DNA of 64,000 nucleotides from a virus (IMGVR_UViG_3300027777_000023:64001-128000), one strand, 5' to 3'. Positions 19,519 to 30,289 are shown, counted from the stretch's first letter. Program-made: numbers and translations. Notes: a model not told the origin generated them from the letters alone.

Positions 19519-20933
19519 ATGGAAGCAACACAACAAACAAATATCTCGCTGTATAAAGAAGAAGACTGCGCAGGCTGGTCACCCAAGATGTGCACAGTGC
19601 CTGTTTGGGGAGTTACGGCTTTGCTTGGCGTCATAGCAGCTTATTCATTAGCAACCATACCAGTGATGTGGGCACAGAATAAGCTGATTATGCGAATGCA
19701 AAAAATGGAGCTAATCATGGTGGACGCAAAAATAGCGACCTATAAAGATGACGGTAAATTTGTGGTGCTGTGGAAAGGTTCACATGTCATGGACAGTCAG
19801 CTAAAAACAGAACATGAGTGAAGAATCAAAAGATACACTAGCACTGATTGCCGGCTGCATGCTGGCTGGTTGGTTAATTTGGATTAGACGATACAATGAA
19901 AAAACTATATAAAGCAACGTTCCATGCAGTCATCTATGCAACTGAAGAAAAGGCATGGGAGGTGGCCGATAACATGGAAACTAACGGCGTGATGCTGGAT
20001 AGAGATGATCTTCCAGAAATCACTACGATCGAAGAAGTACCTAGTGGTTGGTGTTACGCGGATAATTATCCTGTGACTGGTTGTGCTCGTATAGGTTTTC
20101 ATCAAGCAGAACTATACGACGACACCATCGAAGAACTTCTGGAGCGCAGCAAGATTCCAATACCAGTAACCTCCGCAGAAAGTATCCTAGAGCTTAAAAA
20201 CGAAATAGCTGAACTGAAGAAAACAGTAGAGGCACTAGCTAAAAAGATTAAAAGGTAAAATGAAAAAGAAGCTGTTTCTTAAAAAAGATCCAGAGTATCT
20301 AACAGTACTCACAGATGAAATGAAGGAGGATGTATCTCGCATTCGAGAGATACTAGATGTTCATGGCTATGAAGCAGCTGAAGCTACAATAGTCAAAGCA
20401 TGGGAAAAAGCGTCAGACGATCGTCTTTGTATGAGTTGGCTACCCACAGATCATATGAAGGACGATCTAGTATTCACCGCAATAATGGACTACTTAACAG
20501 AATGAATAATATATTCTTCACAAAGAAAGGTTGCACCGAGAAAGCCGATGTAGACCGTATCTGGCCAACAAAGCACTTTAGTACGACTCCGAGGGAGTTC
20601 TTTGCGGCGGCTGGATTGACCGACTTGTTCGTAACGATAGATCCTGTGATGGTAAACAAGAGTTATTTCCTGTTTAATATAACTGTACAGTCCGTCGCAA
20701 ACATAAAATACAATGAGTTTGTTGGTGGGCACGTATATGCGTACTCACCTGCCTTGCTTAGTGCACACTACGAAAGCAAACGGCTAGGGCTGCAGTCCTG
20801 GCACGACCCAGTCAAACATACAGGATTCAAAGTCGACCAGCAAGAGTACTGGCACAACATGCACGATATGCTAGAGCTCGTGCGTGAGGCTGTTGCAAAG
20901 TGTGATACCTATTTCCCTAAACAAACACCATGA
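19519..20933 (+). CDS. Hypothetical ORFs (19519-19821 with one TM segment, 19896-20258, 20260-20505, 20502-20933)
   Basis: Co-oriented packed ORFs with no recognised motifs. Confidence 0.6.
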
Positions 20934-21328
20934 AGCACCTACTAGTAAACGCAATAGTAACACCAGACGGTACAATGCTAGAGTCAACGCACAGGCATGA
21001 TTACCAGGAGCATAAAGATGCTAACGGAGAAACATACATACTAGATGGAGGAATAAACTATATAAGACGCAGCCTAAATCAGATTCCCGCAAAGGATGCT
21101 TCGGTATACTCTGATGATCCTCATGAGATTATTCGTGAGGCGTTTCGCTGGGGTACACGAGGCCCTGGAAGATTAGAACCATTAAAGTGGAAAATCCTAG
21201 CTACACTTGAAGATGACCACATAGAGGCAATACTTGCTACGCAGCTACAACTGCCTGAGTACATCAGAAAAGTATTTAAAAACGAGCAGGTCTACAGAAA
21301 GAACGAGCATGAAAAAGACAACCAGTAG
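20930..21328 (+). CDS. Conserved phage hypothetical protein
   Basis: LESTHRHDY..H.D.NG..Y.LDGG..YIRR pattern recalled from many large phages. Confidence 0.7.
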   Translation: MKHLLVNAIVTPDGTMLESTHRHDYQEHKDANGETYILDGGINYIRRSLNQIPAKDASVYSDDPHEIIREAFRWGTRGPGRLEPLKWKILATLEDDHIEAILATQLQLPEYIRKVFKNEQVYRKNEHEKDNQ

Positions 21329-21400
21329 ACGAGTAAAAACTGTCAAGTCAGGTAATGTAACGATTCGTAAAACAGTAACGATAACAAAAACAGTCAAACG

Positions 21401-22528
21401 ATGAACCTACCAAAACTATACAAGCGTACCGTAACAAGAGCCATCCAAGAATGGCAGATCTTTTTCGCAGATGGCGAATACTATACTGTCAGTGGTCAAA
21501 CAGACGGTAAGAAAGTAACTAGCACCCCTACAGTCTGCAAAGGCAAGAACCTAGGCAAAAAGAACGAGACCACTAATGAGGAGCAGGCTGAGCTAGAGGC
21601 AAAGGCTAAGTGGCAGAAGAAAAAGGATGAAGGGTATATCGAAAACATCGAGGCCGTTGATGGTGCGATGGATTTTCGATTTAATCCCATGCTGGCAAAA
21701 GACTATGCAAACTACGAGGACAAGATCGCTTTTCCTGTATATAGTCAGCCTAAATTGGATGGTCTCAGATGCGTGATTACTAGGGAAGGCACGTTCAGCC
21801 GGCAGTGGAAGCCTTTCGTCACATTAGATTATGTGCAAGATGTCTTGCGAGCTGTGTTTGATCAAAACCCAGGATTGCTTGCATTTGACGGTGAGATGTA
21901 TTCTCACGAGCTCAAAGATCGCTTTGAGGAAATTGTGAGTATTGTAAAGCAGCCAAAGGCTACAGCTGAAGATCTGGAAAAGTGTAAAAACAATATTCAG
22001 TATCATGTGTACGACGCTGTGTTTGAGGAAGCCCATAGCTTTAGTGCGCGTATAAACGCAGTAACTATGCTACTGCGTGAATTGGACAGCCCATATATCA
22101 AGCTTGTGGAAACAGACCGCATCCGAAATCAAGACGATCTTGATGCGATGTATCAGCAGTATATGCAAGAAGGCTATGAGGGTCAAATGATTCGCACACC
22201 TCTGTCATTGTATCAGCATAATCGAACCAAAGATCTATTAAAGCGTAAGGATTTCCACGACGCTGAGTACGAGATCATAGGCTATAAAGAAGGCAAAGGC
22301 AGTCGTGAAGGCTGTATTATATTGCGGCTCGGTATGGCTGACGGCACTGAATTTGATTCTGTGCCTGTTGGCGGTGTAGAATATCTGCAAAGATTGTGGC
22401 TTCGTCGAGAAGACCTGCTGGGCTTGCGGGCAACTGTCAAGTACCAGAACCTCAGCAATGACGGCATTCCAAGGTTCAACAACACAGTAAAGATCAGAAA
22501 CCATAAACTAGAGGAAATGGTATTCTAA
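21401..22528 (+). CDS. ATP-dependent DNA ligase
   Basis: PMLAKDY, motif I QPKLDGLRC, FDGEMY, YHVYD, EGYEGQMIR, LLKRK and C-terminal OB fold. Confidence 0.95.
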   Translation: MNLPKLYKRTVTRAIQEWQIFFADGEYYTVSGQTDGKKVTSTPTVCKGKNLGKKNETTNEEQAELEAKAKWQKKKDEGYIENIEAVDGAMDFRFNPMLAKDYANYEDKIAFPVYSQPKLDGLRCVITREGTFSRQWKPFVTLDYVQDVLRAVFDQNPGLLAFDGEMYSHELKDRFEEIVSIVKQPKATAEDLEKCKNNIQYHVYDAVFEEAHSFSARINAVTMLLRELDSPYIKLVETDRIRNQDDLDAMYQQYMQEGYEGQMIRTPLSLYQHNRTKDLLKRKDFHDAEYEIIGYKEGKGSREGCIILRLGMADGTEFDSVPVGGVEYLQRLWLRREDLLGLRATVKYQNLSNDGIPRFNNTVKIRNHKLEEMVF

Positions 22529-23366
22529 TGAAAACATTAAGAGACAAGATAGATGACTGGGTAGATGAATTCTATCCAGATAACACTATATTAATTGCTG
22601 ACGGATTCGAAGAAGCTTTCGTGGGCGTAGCTGTCCAATTCAATACGCCAATAGCAATATTTGACAGACAAAAGTGTATCAAAATACTTATGCAAGATAT
22701 GAGTGAAGATGAAGCGTATGAGTATTTTGAGTTCAACGTTAGTGGAGCATATGTTGGTGAAAACACACCAGCATTCATAGAGTTCTTTCCCAATGAATCT
22801 TAGAATATTCTTCGTCATAGCCGAATACTCTGATAAGGTGTTCGGTGTCGTAGCTCAAAACAACACATTGCTATATTCAAAGCAGGTGCATGATCGCTAC
22901 GACTTTGCTGACGGCATCAAAGCTGTAAGATCCGTAGAGTCTGAGGAGAGTATTATACATCAAGCGTTCTGCAAAAAATATCCAGAACTAGCTAGTCAAC
23001 TGATTGATAAGCATCCAGAAATAGCAAAAACCAAACAAACAAACCAATAAAACTATGAAAAAAGTTACACTTGAGCAAGCGCACGAATTACTAGAAAATA
23101 CTTCCGCAGTTATCTGGGGAGAAGAAGGCAACCTATCATATCCTCTTGTCAATGATCTTGAAGGAGACGAAGATAATTGCTTTTTTGAATTAATCCTGGA
23201 CGATGAAGAGATGCGGTTTAATGAAGGAGATAATCAAACAGTCGTACTAGACGGATTTAGTATGGTACTTGTTGATGAGTATGGTGAAAATCAGTCAATC
23301 ACTTTGCTTGTACCTATGGACGTAGAAGATCCTTTTGTAGAAAAATTGAATGACGAAGAAGAATAA
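22528..23366 (+). CDS. Three small acidic hypothetical ORFs (22528-22803, 22793-23050, 23055-23366)
   Basis: The first carries the common phage pattern ADGFEEAFVG..EEA.EYFEFNVSGAYVGENTP. Confidence 0.65.
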
Positions 23367-23445
23367 TCTTAAAGTGTCAGTATGATTTTGTTAAGGTTTT
23401 AAAAAAATACGAAGAAAAATTTCTAAAATATAGAAAGGAGTGACC

Positions 23446-24339
23446 ATGAAAAAGAATCAAATTAAAGAGCCCAATACAAATAATAAAATTATTGTTTGTC
23501 GCGGGCTCCCGTGACCGGCTAGCGGAAAATCGACATGGGCCAAAGACTTTATTGACCGTAATCCTGGGTGGTTGCGAGTCAACAAAGACGATCTCAGGGC
23601 AATGCTTCACAACAGTAAGTGGAGCAAAGATAATGAAAAGCAGGTATTGCTTGTGCGTGACAGCATGATTATCGGAGCATTGAGTAGAGGGTATGGTGTG
23701 ATTGTTGATGATACGAATTTCGCTAGTCAGCACATCACAAATATTCAACTTATTGCTGAGGATTATAAAGCAGACTTTGAGGTAAAAGACTTTGATGTCT
23801 CGCTTGAAGAATGCTTGAAGCGTAATAGTGAGCGAATGCCTAGGGTCCCGGATCGAGTGATCCTAGATATGTATAATAAATATGTGTTGCCTAACAAACC
23901 TAAAGTCAAAAATAATAAAGATCTACCACCGTGTATTGTATGTGATCTTGACGGCACGCTCGCAATTCATGTAGATCGTGGTCCGTTCGAGTTTGAGAAA
24001 TGCTACTCTGACGAGGTAAATGAGAGTGTGCTGGGCTGTATAGACGCAATGACTAAACGAGGATTCAAGCTAATCTTCGTTAGTGGACGTCCAGATAGCT
24101 GTCGAGACGAGACAGTGCGTTGGTTGAATGATAAGTGTTGGCTCGGTTCTGGATACATATTGTACATGCGAGCTACAGGCGACAACAGAAAAGATAGCAT
24201 AGTGAAGGAGGAGATTTATAAAAATGATATTCTTCCTGAATACTATGTAGAGTTTGTGCTAGACGACAGGCAACAGGTCGTCGATGCATTGCGGGAAATG
24301 GGATTACAAGTATGGCAAGTTGCACGCGGAGATTTTTAA
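23446..24339 (+). pseudogene. pseT: PseT-like polynucleotide kinase/3'-phosphatase with an in-frame TGA inside the kinase P-loop
   Basis: Reads KIIVCRGLP-TGA-PASGKSTWAK (TGA at 23512-23514), in frame with RVNKDDLR. The C-terminal HAD domain is intact (CDLDGTLA, FVSGR, KDSIVKEE, FVLDDRQQVV). Confidence 0.85.
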
Positions 24340-24342
24340 AAC

Positions 24343-24627
24343 ATGAATAAATTTACAACAGAACAAATTGAAAAAATTAAAGAAGTGCATACGGAAATAG
24401 CTGACTTGCAAAAAACGCAAGATAAGCTATTTGATCGACTGATAAAAGATTTAGAGTTCGAAGACTATGCTGAAGCATGGCAAAACGACGCTGATTGCTA
24501 TATATTCAAGGACGATAACCCTGCAAACTGGTTGTTTGACACAATATTCAATACTGCCTTTGACGAGCTATGTGACTCGATTAAAAGCATTGAAGAGCAT
24601 TGGGGTATGTACAATCAACGAGATTAG
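24343..24627 (+). CDS. Hypothetical acidic protein
   Basis: 94-aa ORF between PNK and the RNA ligase. Confidence 0.65.
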   Translation: MNKFTTEQIEKIKEVHTEIADLQKTQDKLFDRLIKDLEFEDYAEAWQNDADCYIFKDDNPANWLFDTIFNTAFDELCDSIKSIEEHWGMYNQRD

Positions 24628-24683
24628 ATATGACTGGTTGCTGCGGTTCCTTCAATAGGGGCCGCAGCACCAACAACAACCCT

Positions 24684-25772
24684 ATGAAACAATTCATGTA
24701 CTTACTCGACAATGGTTTCGTCGTGAGGGAAAGAGAGATAGGTGGTGAGATGTGCTATCTTGTATTTCCATCTTCTTTGGGTGTTAAATGGACCAAGAAT
24801 AATTTGATATACAGAAGCAGTATCTGGACCGCAGATATGAAACCTGTGTCGCTGGGGTTCAAGAAATTCTTTAATTTTGGGGAAGCGCCTGAACTTGTGA
24901 GAGACCCTCGAAGCAGCGATATCTTGCTTGGTGGATCTGTGGTAGAAAAGATCGACGGTTCTTGTCTCATTGTGAGTAGGTTTAAGGGGCAGTTAATCTG
25001 TAGGACCAGAGGCACCTTTGATGCTAGGGAAAAACCTACAGGAAATGAGTTAGACTATCTGGAAAAGAAATATCCAAAAGCTTTCCAAAACGATGACCTG
25101 GCGAGTGAGCAATGCAGTTACGTATACGAGTGGACGACTAGTGCAAATCGTATTGTTGTGGATTATGGAGAGGAGCCAAACATACGATTAATTGCTAGAA
25201 TCTCCCATGAAGACTATCGCTACTCTTATCAGACCGTCCTGGATGGGATAGCTCAGGATATTGCTGTAAGTAGGCCGTACAGGTTGCTCGCTCCTGGTGT
25301 GAGTATGATAAAGACTCAACTAGAAAAGATGCGTCTCAGTGAAGGATACTGTGTGTACTTCAACGATGATCAGGACATCAAGAAAATGAAATGCGACTGG
25401 TATCTGAAAGCTCACAGATTCAGGAGCAACTGTTCATTACCATACATACTAGATTTATTTCTAGAGCAAGATTGTCCAGATATAACCTCATTTGTCGAAG
25501 CGCTTGAAAAAGAGTATGACTTTGAATGCGCTCCTGAAGTCAGGTCGTACGCATCGTCGGTATGTAGAGCCTATGCAGATGTGCAGGTACTCATACTCAG
25601 AGTCAAAGACTTCACAGGCACACTAGACGGCAAAAACAACAGAAAAGCTGCAGCAGAGGCTATATTAGCAGAATACAAGGACTCAGGATTGACAGGGGTA
25701 GCGTTTAATTGCTTGGACGGAAGACAAACAACAAAACATCAACTCAAACAATTGATACTTCAACAACTATGA
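24684..25772 (+). CDS. rnlA: T4 Rnl1-like RNA ligase
   Basis: SLGFKKFFNFGE, motif I EKIDGSCLI, YVYEW, SEGYCV, KMKCDWY. Start moved to the ATG at 24684. Confidence 0.85.
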   Translation: MKQFMYLLDNGFVVREREIGGEMCYLVFPSSLGVKWTKNNLIYRSSIWTADMKPVSLGFKKFFNFGEAPELVRDPRSSDILLGGSVVEKIDGSCLIVSRFKGQLICRTRGTFDAREKPTGNELDYLEKKYPKAFQNDDLASEQCSYVYEWTTSANRIVVDYGEEPNIRLIARISHEDYRYSYQTVLDGIAQDIAVSRPYRLLAPGVSMIKTQLEKMRLSEGYCVYFNDDQDIKKMKCDWYLKAHRFRSNCSLPYILDLFLEQDCPDITSFVEALEKEYDFECAPEVRSYASSVCRAYADVQVLILRVKDFTGTLDGKNNRKAAAEAILAEYKDSGLTGVAFNCLDGRQTTKHQLKQLILQQL

Positions 25773-26303
25773 GTGTAGACGATAAATCAGCATTACTAAT
25801 CACTTTTGGTCTTTTCTCTTTAGTGATTTTGACGGTAGAAACATTAAAAGCATTTGATAAACAACATGACGAAAGAACAAATAGGGATTTACAGAGCGCT
25901 AGCAAAGCACTTCAAGATCAAGCCGGAGATCGTTAAAAACATTGTTGAACGTTACCTCATTGATGTGGGCGGTGAACATCCAGCAATAACAATTGAGTTG
26001 CCGTTTGGTAAGTCATTTAGAGTAGGAGCATCAAAGCATTCTGTAGTAGTGGCAGATATGCTTTTCTACAAAAAGTTTAAAAAGTCTGAGCTCTACGGAG
26101 ATGCAGTCAACTTGTTCGAGAATGAGGAGGTCGACTTTGTGGTTTTCTATTCAGGTAGTGCTCTGATGCTGGTGCAGCCTGAAACGTATTATGATGGTTA
26201 CGGTGGTGTGTTCGTGAAAGATCCTAGCGGCCATCCTTCATTTGTGATTGAGCCCGTCGCGCACCATCTCAATTATAATTATCCACAAGATCCTGTGGAT
26301 TAA
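25769..26303 (+). CDS. Hypothetical ORFs (25769-25936 membrane-type, 25866-26303)
   Basis: Overlapping ORFs with no recognised motifs. Confidence 0.55.
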
Positions 26304-26320
26304 ATATTTGTGTGTTATTG

Positions 26321-26337
26321 TGGTATAATATATTGAG
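26321..26337 (+). promoter_or_regulatory. Extended -10 promoter TGGTATAAT-ATATTGAG
   Basis: The same string TGGTATAATATATTGAGG recurs at 36665, and each copy is followed by a short leader hairpin. Confidence 0.7.
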
Positions 26338-26370
26338 GCAGCGATTAACTGCTGAATCTTATTATTAACC

Positions 26371-27706
26371 ATGACAACAACAGAAAATACAACAGTGTTT
26401 TCTCAGGCAGTGATGCTTGAGTACGAGCGTAGAGTCCGTTCCGGTGAGAAGGATGTAGAAATTTTCACGCCGGAAGGACGAGGCGCTTTTGTGGCCAGTG
26501 AAGAGGAAGTCGTTACAGCCATCGACGATCTCCTAGAACTGGTTTCAGTTATCGGAGACAACTGGACGGAGGAGTGTACTTATACCGGCAAAGATCATTT
26601 GTCGGTAGATGTATATCGGGCAAAGTTGCCTGATAATTATTGTGCCAGGGTGTGCTACATCCAAATGCAGCATATACCTGAGCCTCACTTCAGGAGAGGT
26701 GAAGTTCTTCCGCAAGTGGATAAAACTGGGCAGCTGTATATGGCTGCTCCTAGGATTATGCCGGTATGGACCTCCAGGAGTATGGTTTCATACTTTGGTG
26801 GGAAGAGGTTTGAAACCTCTGAGCAAGTGATAACTGATAATTATCACTACTTAACATTCAAGATCCGTAAAGACGGTTCGTTGAAGAGTTGGGCACCTGG
26901 TGTTGATAAAGATACCGGTTTGTGCAAAACACTGAGTCAGCAATACGTGTTCGTTGGAGTTTAAATTATGAAAACAATACTCACTGTCGGTATAACCTCA
27001 CTAGCCGCTGCCGGTATAGTGTCCTGTGTCATAGATAATTCGACCCTACATATGGTATATGTGGGGTTGAGCACCAGCCTGCTCACAGCTACAGCTGTGG
27101 GTGGGATAATCCAACATTTTAGACAAGAATCAGTGGACTTTAGAGAGGTCTACAGAGAAAAGTATAGAATGCAGAAAGAGAAGATAAACAGCTTGGAAGA
27201 GACCGTTATACAGTTACAGAAAGAAATCTATGCCACAAAACCCACAACGCAATCCTCGCCAGAATCCAGAGTTAGCGTTGTATGGGAACAAGCAAGTTAA
27301 AGCTTTTGTAGCTGTAGGCGCTGTTCTTGATGGACTAGCTGCAGAGTACAGCAGCAACAAAGAGTATTACAAAGACTTTATCAGATTCAATTTCTTTAAC
27401 GGGATTGAGTCTGAGAAGTCTGAGTGCAGGGTGCAGTTCTTCGATACCCCCAAACAGGAACGACCTCGACTTAGTAAACTCTATAGACAGTTCGGCAATA
27501 TAGGTAATACGGCCATATATAAAAGATTGAACGTACCGGTCACAAACGCCTCATCTCAATCTCCACTAGAGATAAAGTGGGCATTTGAGTACCATAAAAA
27601 GTACGGACATTGGAAGTACTATGGTGGCTGTTATGTTAGCGATCGAGATATACTACGACCGCTAAATGAAACTGAGGTTGAAAAGTTCCTAGAATTATTC
27701 GACTAA
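26371..27706 (+). CDS. Three hypothetical ORFs (26371-26964, 26968-27300 two-TM plus coiled coil, 27230-27706)
   Basis: A transcription unit bounded by the 26321 promoter and the 27722 terminator. Confidence 0.65.
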
Positions 27707-27721
27707 GCTAAAATAAAAATT

Positions 27722-27757
27722 GGGAAGACCTTTCGGGGTTTTCCCTTTTTTTTAGCT
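27722..27757 (+). terminator. Rho-independent terminator with TTTTTTTTAGCT tail
   Basis: GGGAAGACCT-TTCG-GGGTTTTCCC stem followed by a T8 tract. Confidence 0.9.
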
Positions 27758-27781
27758 GTCAGTACTGATATACTGGAGCAT

Positions 27782-28078
27782 ATGAATAACCCACAAAATA
27801 AAGACGGTTTCACTCTCCCTGAGAGTTTTTTATTGCAGCTGGAAGAATATACTCGTGGGTACATTCTATTCGTTTGTAACGAAAAGGGTGAACTGTACGC
27901 TCATGAAACATTTGATAATCCTGTGATCAAACTAGGATTAACTAATTTCGCAGAGATGCATGTAAACGCCGCGCAAGAATATATGCATAATGTGGCTATC
28001 ATGGCTGAAGAGGAGCATCAGGGAGCGGACGATGGCCCTTCAGATGAGAATATAAACGAAGATGAGCCTGATTTCTAG
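27782..28078 (+). CDS. Hypothetical acidic protein, probably leaderless
   Basis: TGA-TATACT (27766-27774) lies 7 nt before the ATG. Confidence 0.65.
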   Translation: MNNPQNKDGFTLPESFLLQLEEYTRGYILFVCNEKGELYAHETFDNPVIKLGLTNFAEMHVNAAQEYMHNVAIMAEEEHQGADDGPSDENINEDEPDF

Positions 28079-28698
28079 GAGCAGCTGGCTACCAAAGAAG
28101 CTTCTGCATCTCTTCTTTCCAAGAGACCGTCAAGTCCTTTACCTTCCCAGATACGCTTCATGCTGCGTAGTTGTGCAGCAATTTTAGAATACTGCTTGTC
28201 GGGCACAAGCATCTTTATCACACGCATTTCTCTTCGTGAATCTCCTCGCATAGCTGTTCCTCTATTGAATACCAGAGACACGATGGCCCCATAGGCGTCC
28301 TCATGGAGATCCGCCAACCCAGGGAAAGCTTTCTCTGCAAGTTTTGAGAATTTCGGCCAAGTCAAAGTTTCAAATATATGCTCTGCTTGCTCCCAAGACA
28401 CTGTGATACCCGCTGCGCGCAGCTTTATAGTGTATTGCTTGCCTGCAGCGCCTGTTTTACCTGAAGCTCCCTGGATTAATTCAATTTGTTCGCTAGGTAG
28501 AAATGAAAATATTTGTGCAAGCTCTGCAGGTGTGTAATAACCACAATCGACACCAATAGCGATAGTCGGTCCACTTGCGCCTTTAGGCCATGTAAATTTA
28601 GATAGATATTTTTCATAGTATTTTTGACCGCCACCTACCTCATAATTAAGAAGGAGTGCTAATGTTTTTGCTGAAGGTTTACTCGAGTTCATAATCAT
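28075..28698 (-). CDS. Endolysin, lysozyme-like (GH24/pesticin-type) fold
   Basis: NYEVGGG..WP.GASGPTIAIGVDCG, AIVSLVFNRG, GLLERRDAEASL. Confidence 0.8.
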   Translation of the reverse strand: MIMNSSKPSAKTLALLLNYEVGGGQKYYEKYLSKFTWPKGASGPTIAIGVDCGYYTPAELAQIFSFLPSEQIELIQGASGKTGAAGKQYTIKLRAAGITVSWEQAEHIFETLTWPKFSKLAEKAFPGLADLHEDAYGAIVSLVFNRGTAMRGDSRREMRVIKMLVPDKQYSKIAAQLRSMKRIWEGKGLDGLLERRDAEASLVASCS

Positions 28699-29131
28699 CC
28701 TCCTTTGAATTGGTATGAATCACCGTTACTTCCTCAGTAATATTTGCGGTATAGTTTGTGTTATTGTTAACAGTTGATTCAGCTGTTGTTCCTTGTAGTG
28801 ATGCACTAGAGCTGCTGTTGTACTTCAAGTCTACCAATGCCTGTCCGCCAAGATAGCAAGCCATGATGGTGGCAAAGACCTCCATAGTCTTGGTGAACAT
28901 TGTGGTGTATGAAGATATTGCAGTAGGACTCTCAACCATAAGAAACAAAGCAGCAACACTTCCAACGTAGAAGATCGCGAGAATAACAAAACCAGATATA
29001 GCCAAGAAGAATTTCTTGGAAGCAAGATGGTTTGTACTGGCTAGTTGTTCAACTTGCTCAGGAGGTGTGTTGGGAGGAGCCACACCCTGCTGCAGGAAAG
29101 ATGCTGCGGTTTTTAGGACATTAGTTAACAT
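28679..29131 (-). CDS. Two-TM membrane protein (holin candidate)
   Basis: SKKFFLAISGFVILAIFYVGSVAALF and VFATIMACYLGGQAL hydrophobic segments; directly upstream of the endolysin. Confidence 0.6.
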   Translation of the reverse strand: MLTNVLKTAASFLQQGVAPPNTPPEQVEQLASTNHLASKKFFLAISGFVILAIFYVGSVAALFLMVESPTAISSYTTMFTKTMEVFATIMACYLGGQALVDLKYNSSSSASLQGTTAESTVNNNTNYTANITEEVTVIHTNSKEDDYELE

Positions 29132-29136
29132 AGAAT

Positions 29137-29658
29137 TTAAAATAGTAGATATACTGCTAAATATCCTACACCAAAAGCGCCGGCAGGTCCAGCTACCGTA
29201 ATCAATGGCGCCCAGGCACCCACAACCACAGACAAGGAAGAAACCAGAGTCACGCCAAACCTAAAGTATAAAAGGACCATTGCAACTCCGACAAAATAAC
29301 AAGCAAGTGATTTAAGTCTGTAATACTTTTTTAAATCTGCCGCTGCCTTGGCTTTTAATTGAGTTATCTTTTCAGCTAAACCTGCAACTTGCTCTCTGGT
29401 GGCTAAAGTTTCATGATAATAGCTATCTTTCTGACTTTGCTGCTCTAGTCCCCAGGCTTCCATATTCCGCAGGCTAACCTCAATAGTTACACGGTCGTCT
29501 CTGAGATTGTTTGCGGTTTTATCTGCGTCTGAAATGTCTTTTCTAAGTGCAGTAATTTCAACTTTAAGTTTTTGTTTGATGGTTGCATTCAAGTTCTCAC
29601 CAAATGCAGACGCAGCAAACAAAAACACCAGTAGAAAAGAAGTGAAGTAGTGTTTCAT
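29137..29658 (-). CDS. Signal peptide + coiled coil + C-terminal TM protein (spanin-like candidate)
   Basis: MKHYFTSFLLVFLFAASAFG signal, a long helix and a hydrophobic C-terminus. Confidence 0.55.
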   Translation of the reverse strand: MKHYFTSFLLVFLFAASAFGENLNATIKQKLKVEITALRKDISDADKTANNLRDDRVTIEVSLRNMEAWGLEQQSQKDSYYHETLATREQVAGLAEKITQLKAKAAADLKKYYRLKSLACYFVGVAMVLLYFRFGVTLVSSLSVVVGAWAPLITVAGPAGAFGVGYLAVYLLF

Positions 29659-29873
29659 TACGGTGTTGTGGATAAGCTATCGACAAGAATTTCAATTCTT
29701 TCGATTCTTGTCGCTGCTGCTTTTAAAGATTTTTCAATACTTGAGATATTAGCTCCCAGCGAACCTGTATTTATAGTCGGAGGTTTTGAGGTCGATGGTG
29801 GAGGCAATGGCGGTCTAGATGTAGCGCAGCCAATCAACACTAAAAATAAAGACAAAACAGCGAGCTTACTCAT
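29658..29873 (-). CDS. Small lipoprotein (o-spanin-like candidate)
   Basis: Lipobox LVLIG-C followed by a Pro-rich segment and a short coiled coil. Confidence 0.6.
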   Translation of the reverse strand: MSKLAVLSLFLVLIGCATSRPPLPPPSTSKPPTINTGSLGANISSIEKSLKAAATRIERIEILVDSLSTTP

Positions 29874-29875
29874 AA

Positions 29876-30289
29876 TTACATTTGATCAAGCTGTGCCTGC
29901 ACTTTTTGAATTCGTTCTAATAGCAGATTTATAGTTTGCTCAGAACGTTTATCTATAGCCAAATCTTCTTCAAGACGCGCACTATCTTTTATCTGCTGGC
30001 GGTTGGCTGCCATAAGAATGAATGGAGCCTGAAGAGCGGCCACACAAGAAAGAACAAGATTAAGTAGGATATATGGATATGGGTCTACAGGAGCAAGCAA
30101 ACCCCAAGTATTAACAGCAATCCAAACAACTATAATAGAAACACACACAATGATAGCCCACCAACTACCACCAAATTTAGCTATGCGATCAGCTAGCTTG
30201 TCTCCGAATGATAGGTTTTCGTCAGGACTCATAAAATTATTTGGTTGGAAAAGATTTCGCCGGTTCGTATCGTTGTTGCTGTTTATCAA
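29876..30289 (-). CDS. DUF1003 membrane protein
   Basis: DKLADRIAKFGGSW..DPYPYILLNLVLSCVAALQAPFILMAANRQ..KD. Confidence 0.85.
   Translation of the reverse strand: MINSNNDTNRRNLFQPNNFMSPDENLSFGDKLADRIAKFGGSWWAIIVCVSIIVVWIAVNTWGLLAPVDPYPYILLNLVLSCVAALQAPFILMAANRQQIKDSARLEEDLAIDKRSEQTINLLLERIQKVQAQLDQM

Noticed and set aside
23512-23514. Genome-wide stop-codon reassignment or selenocysteine at the PNK TGA
   Set aside because: Long genes elsewhere are intact in code 11, and TGA/TAG end well-defined genes (HNH, polA). Read-through would not restore Walker A spacing.
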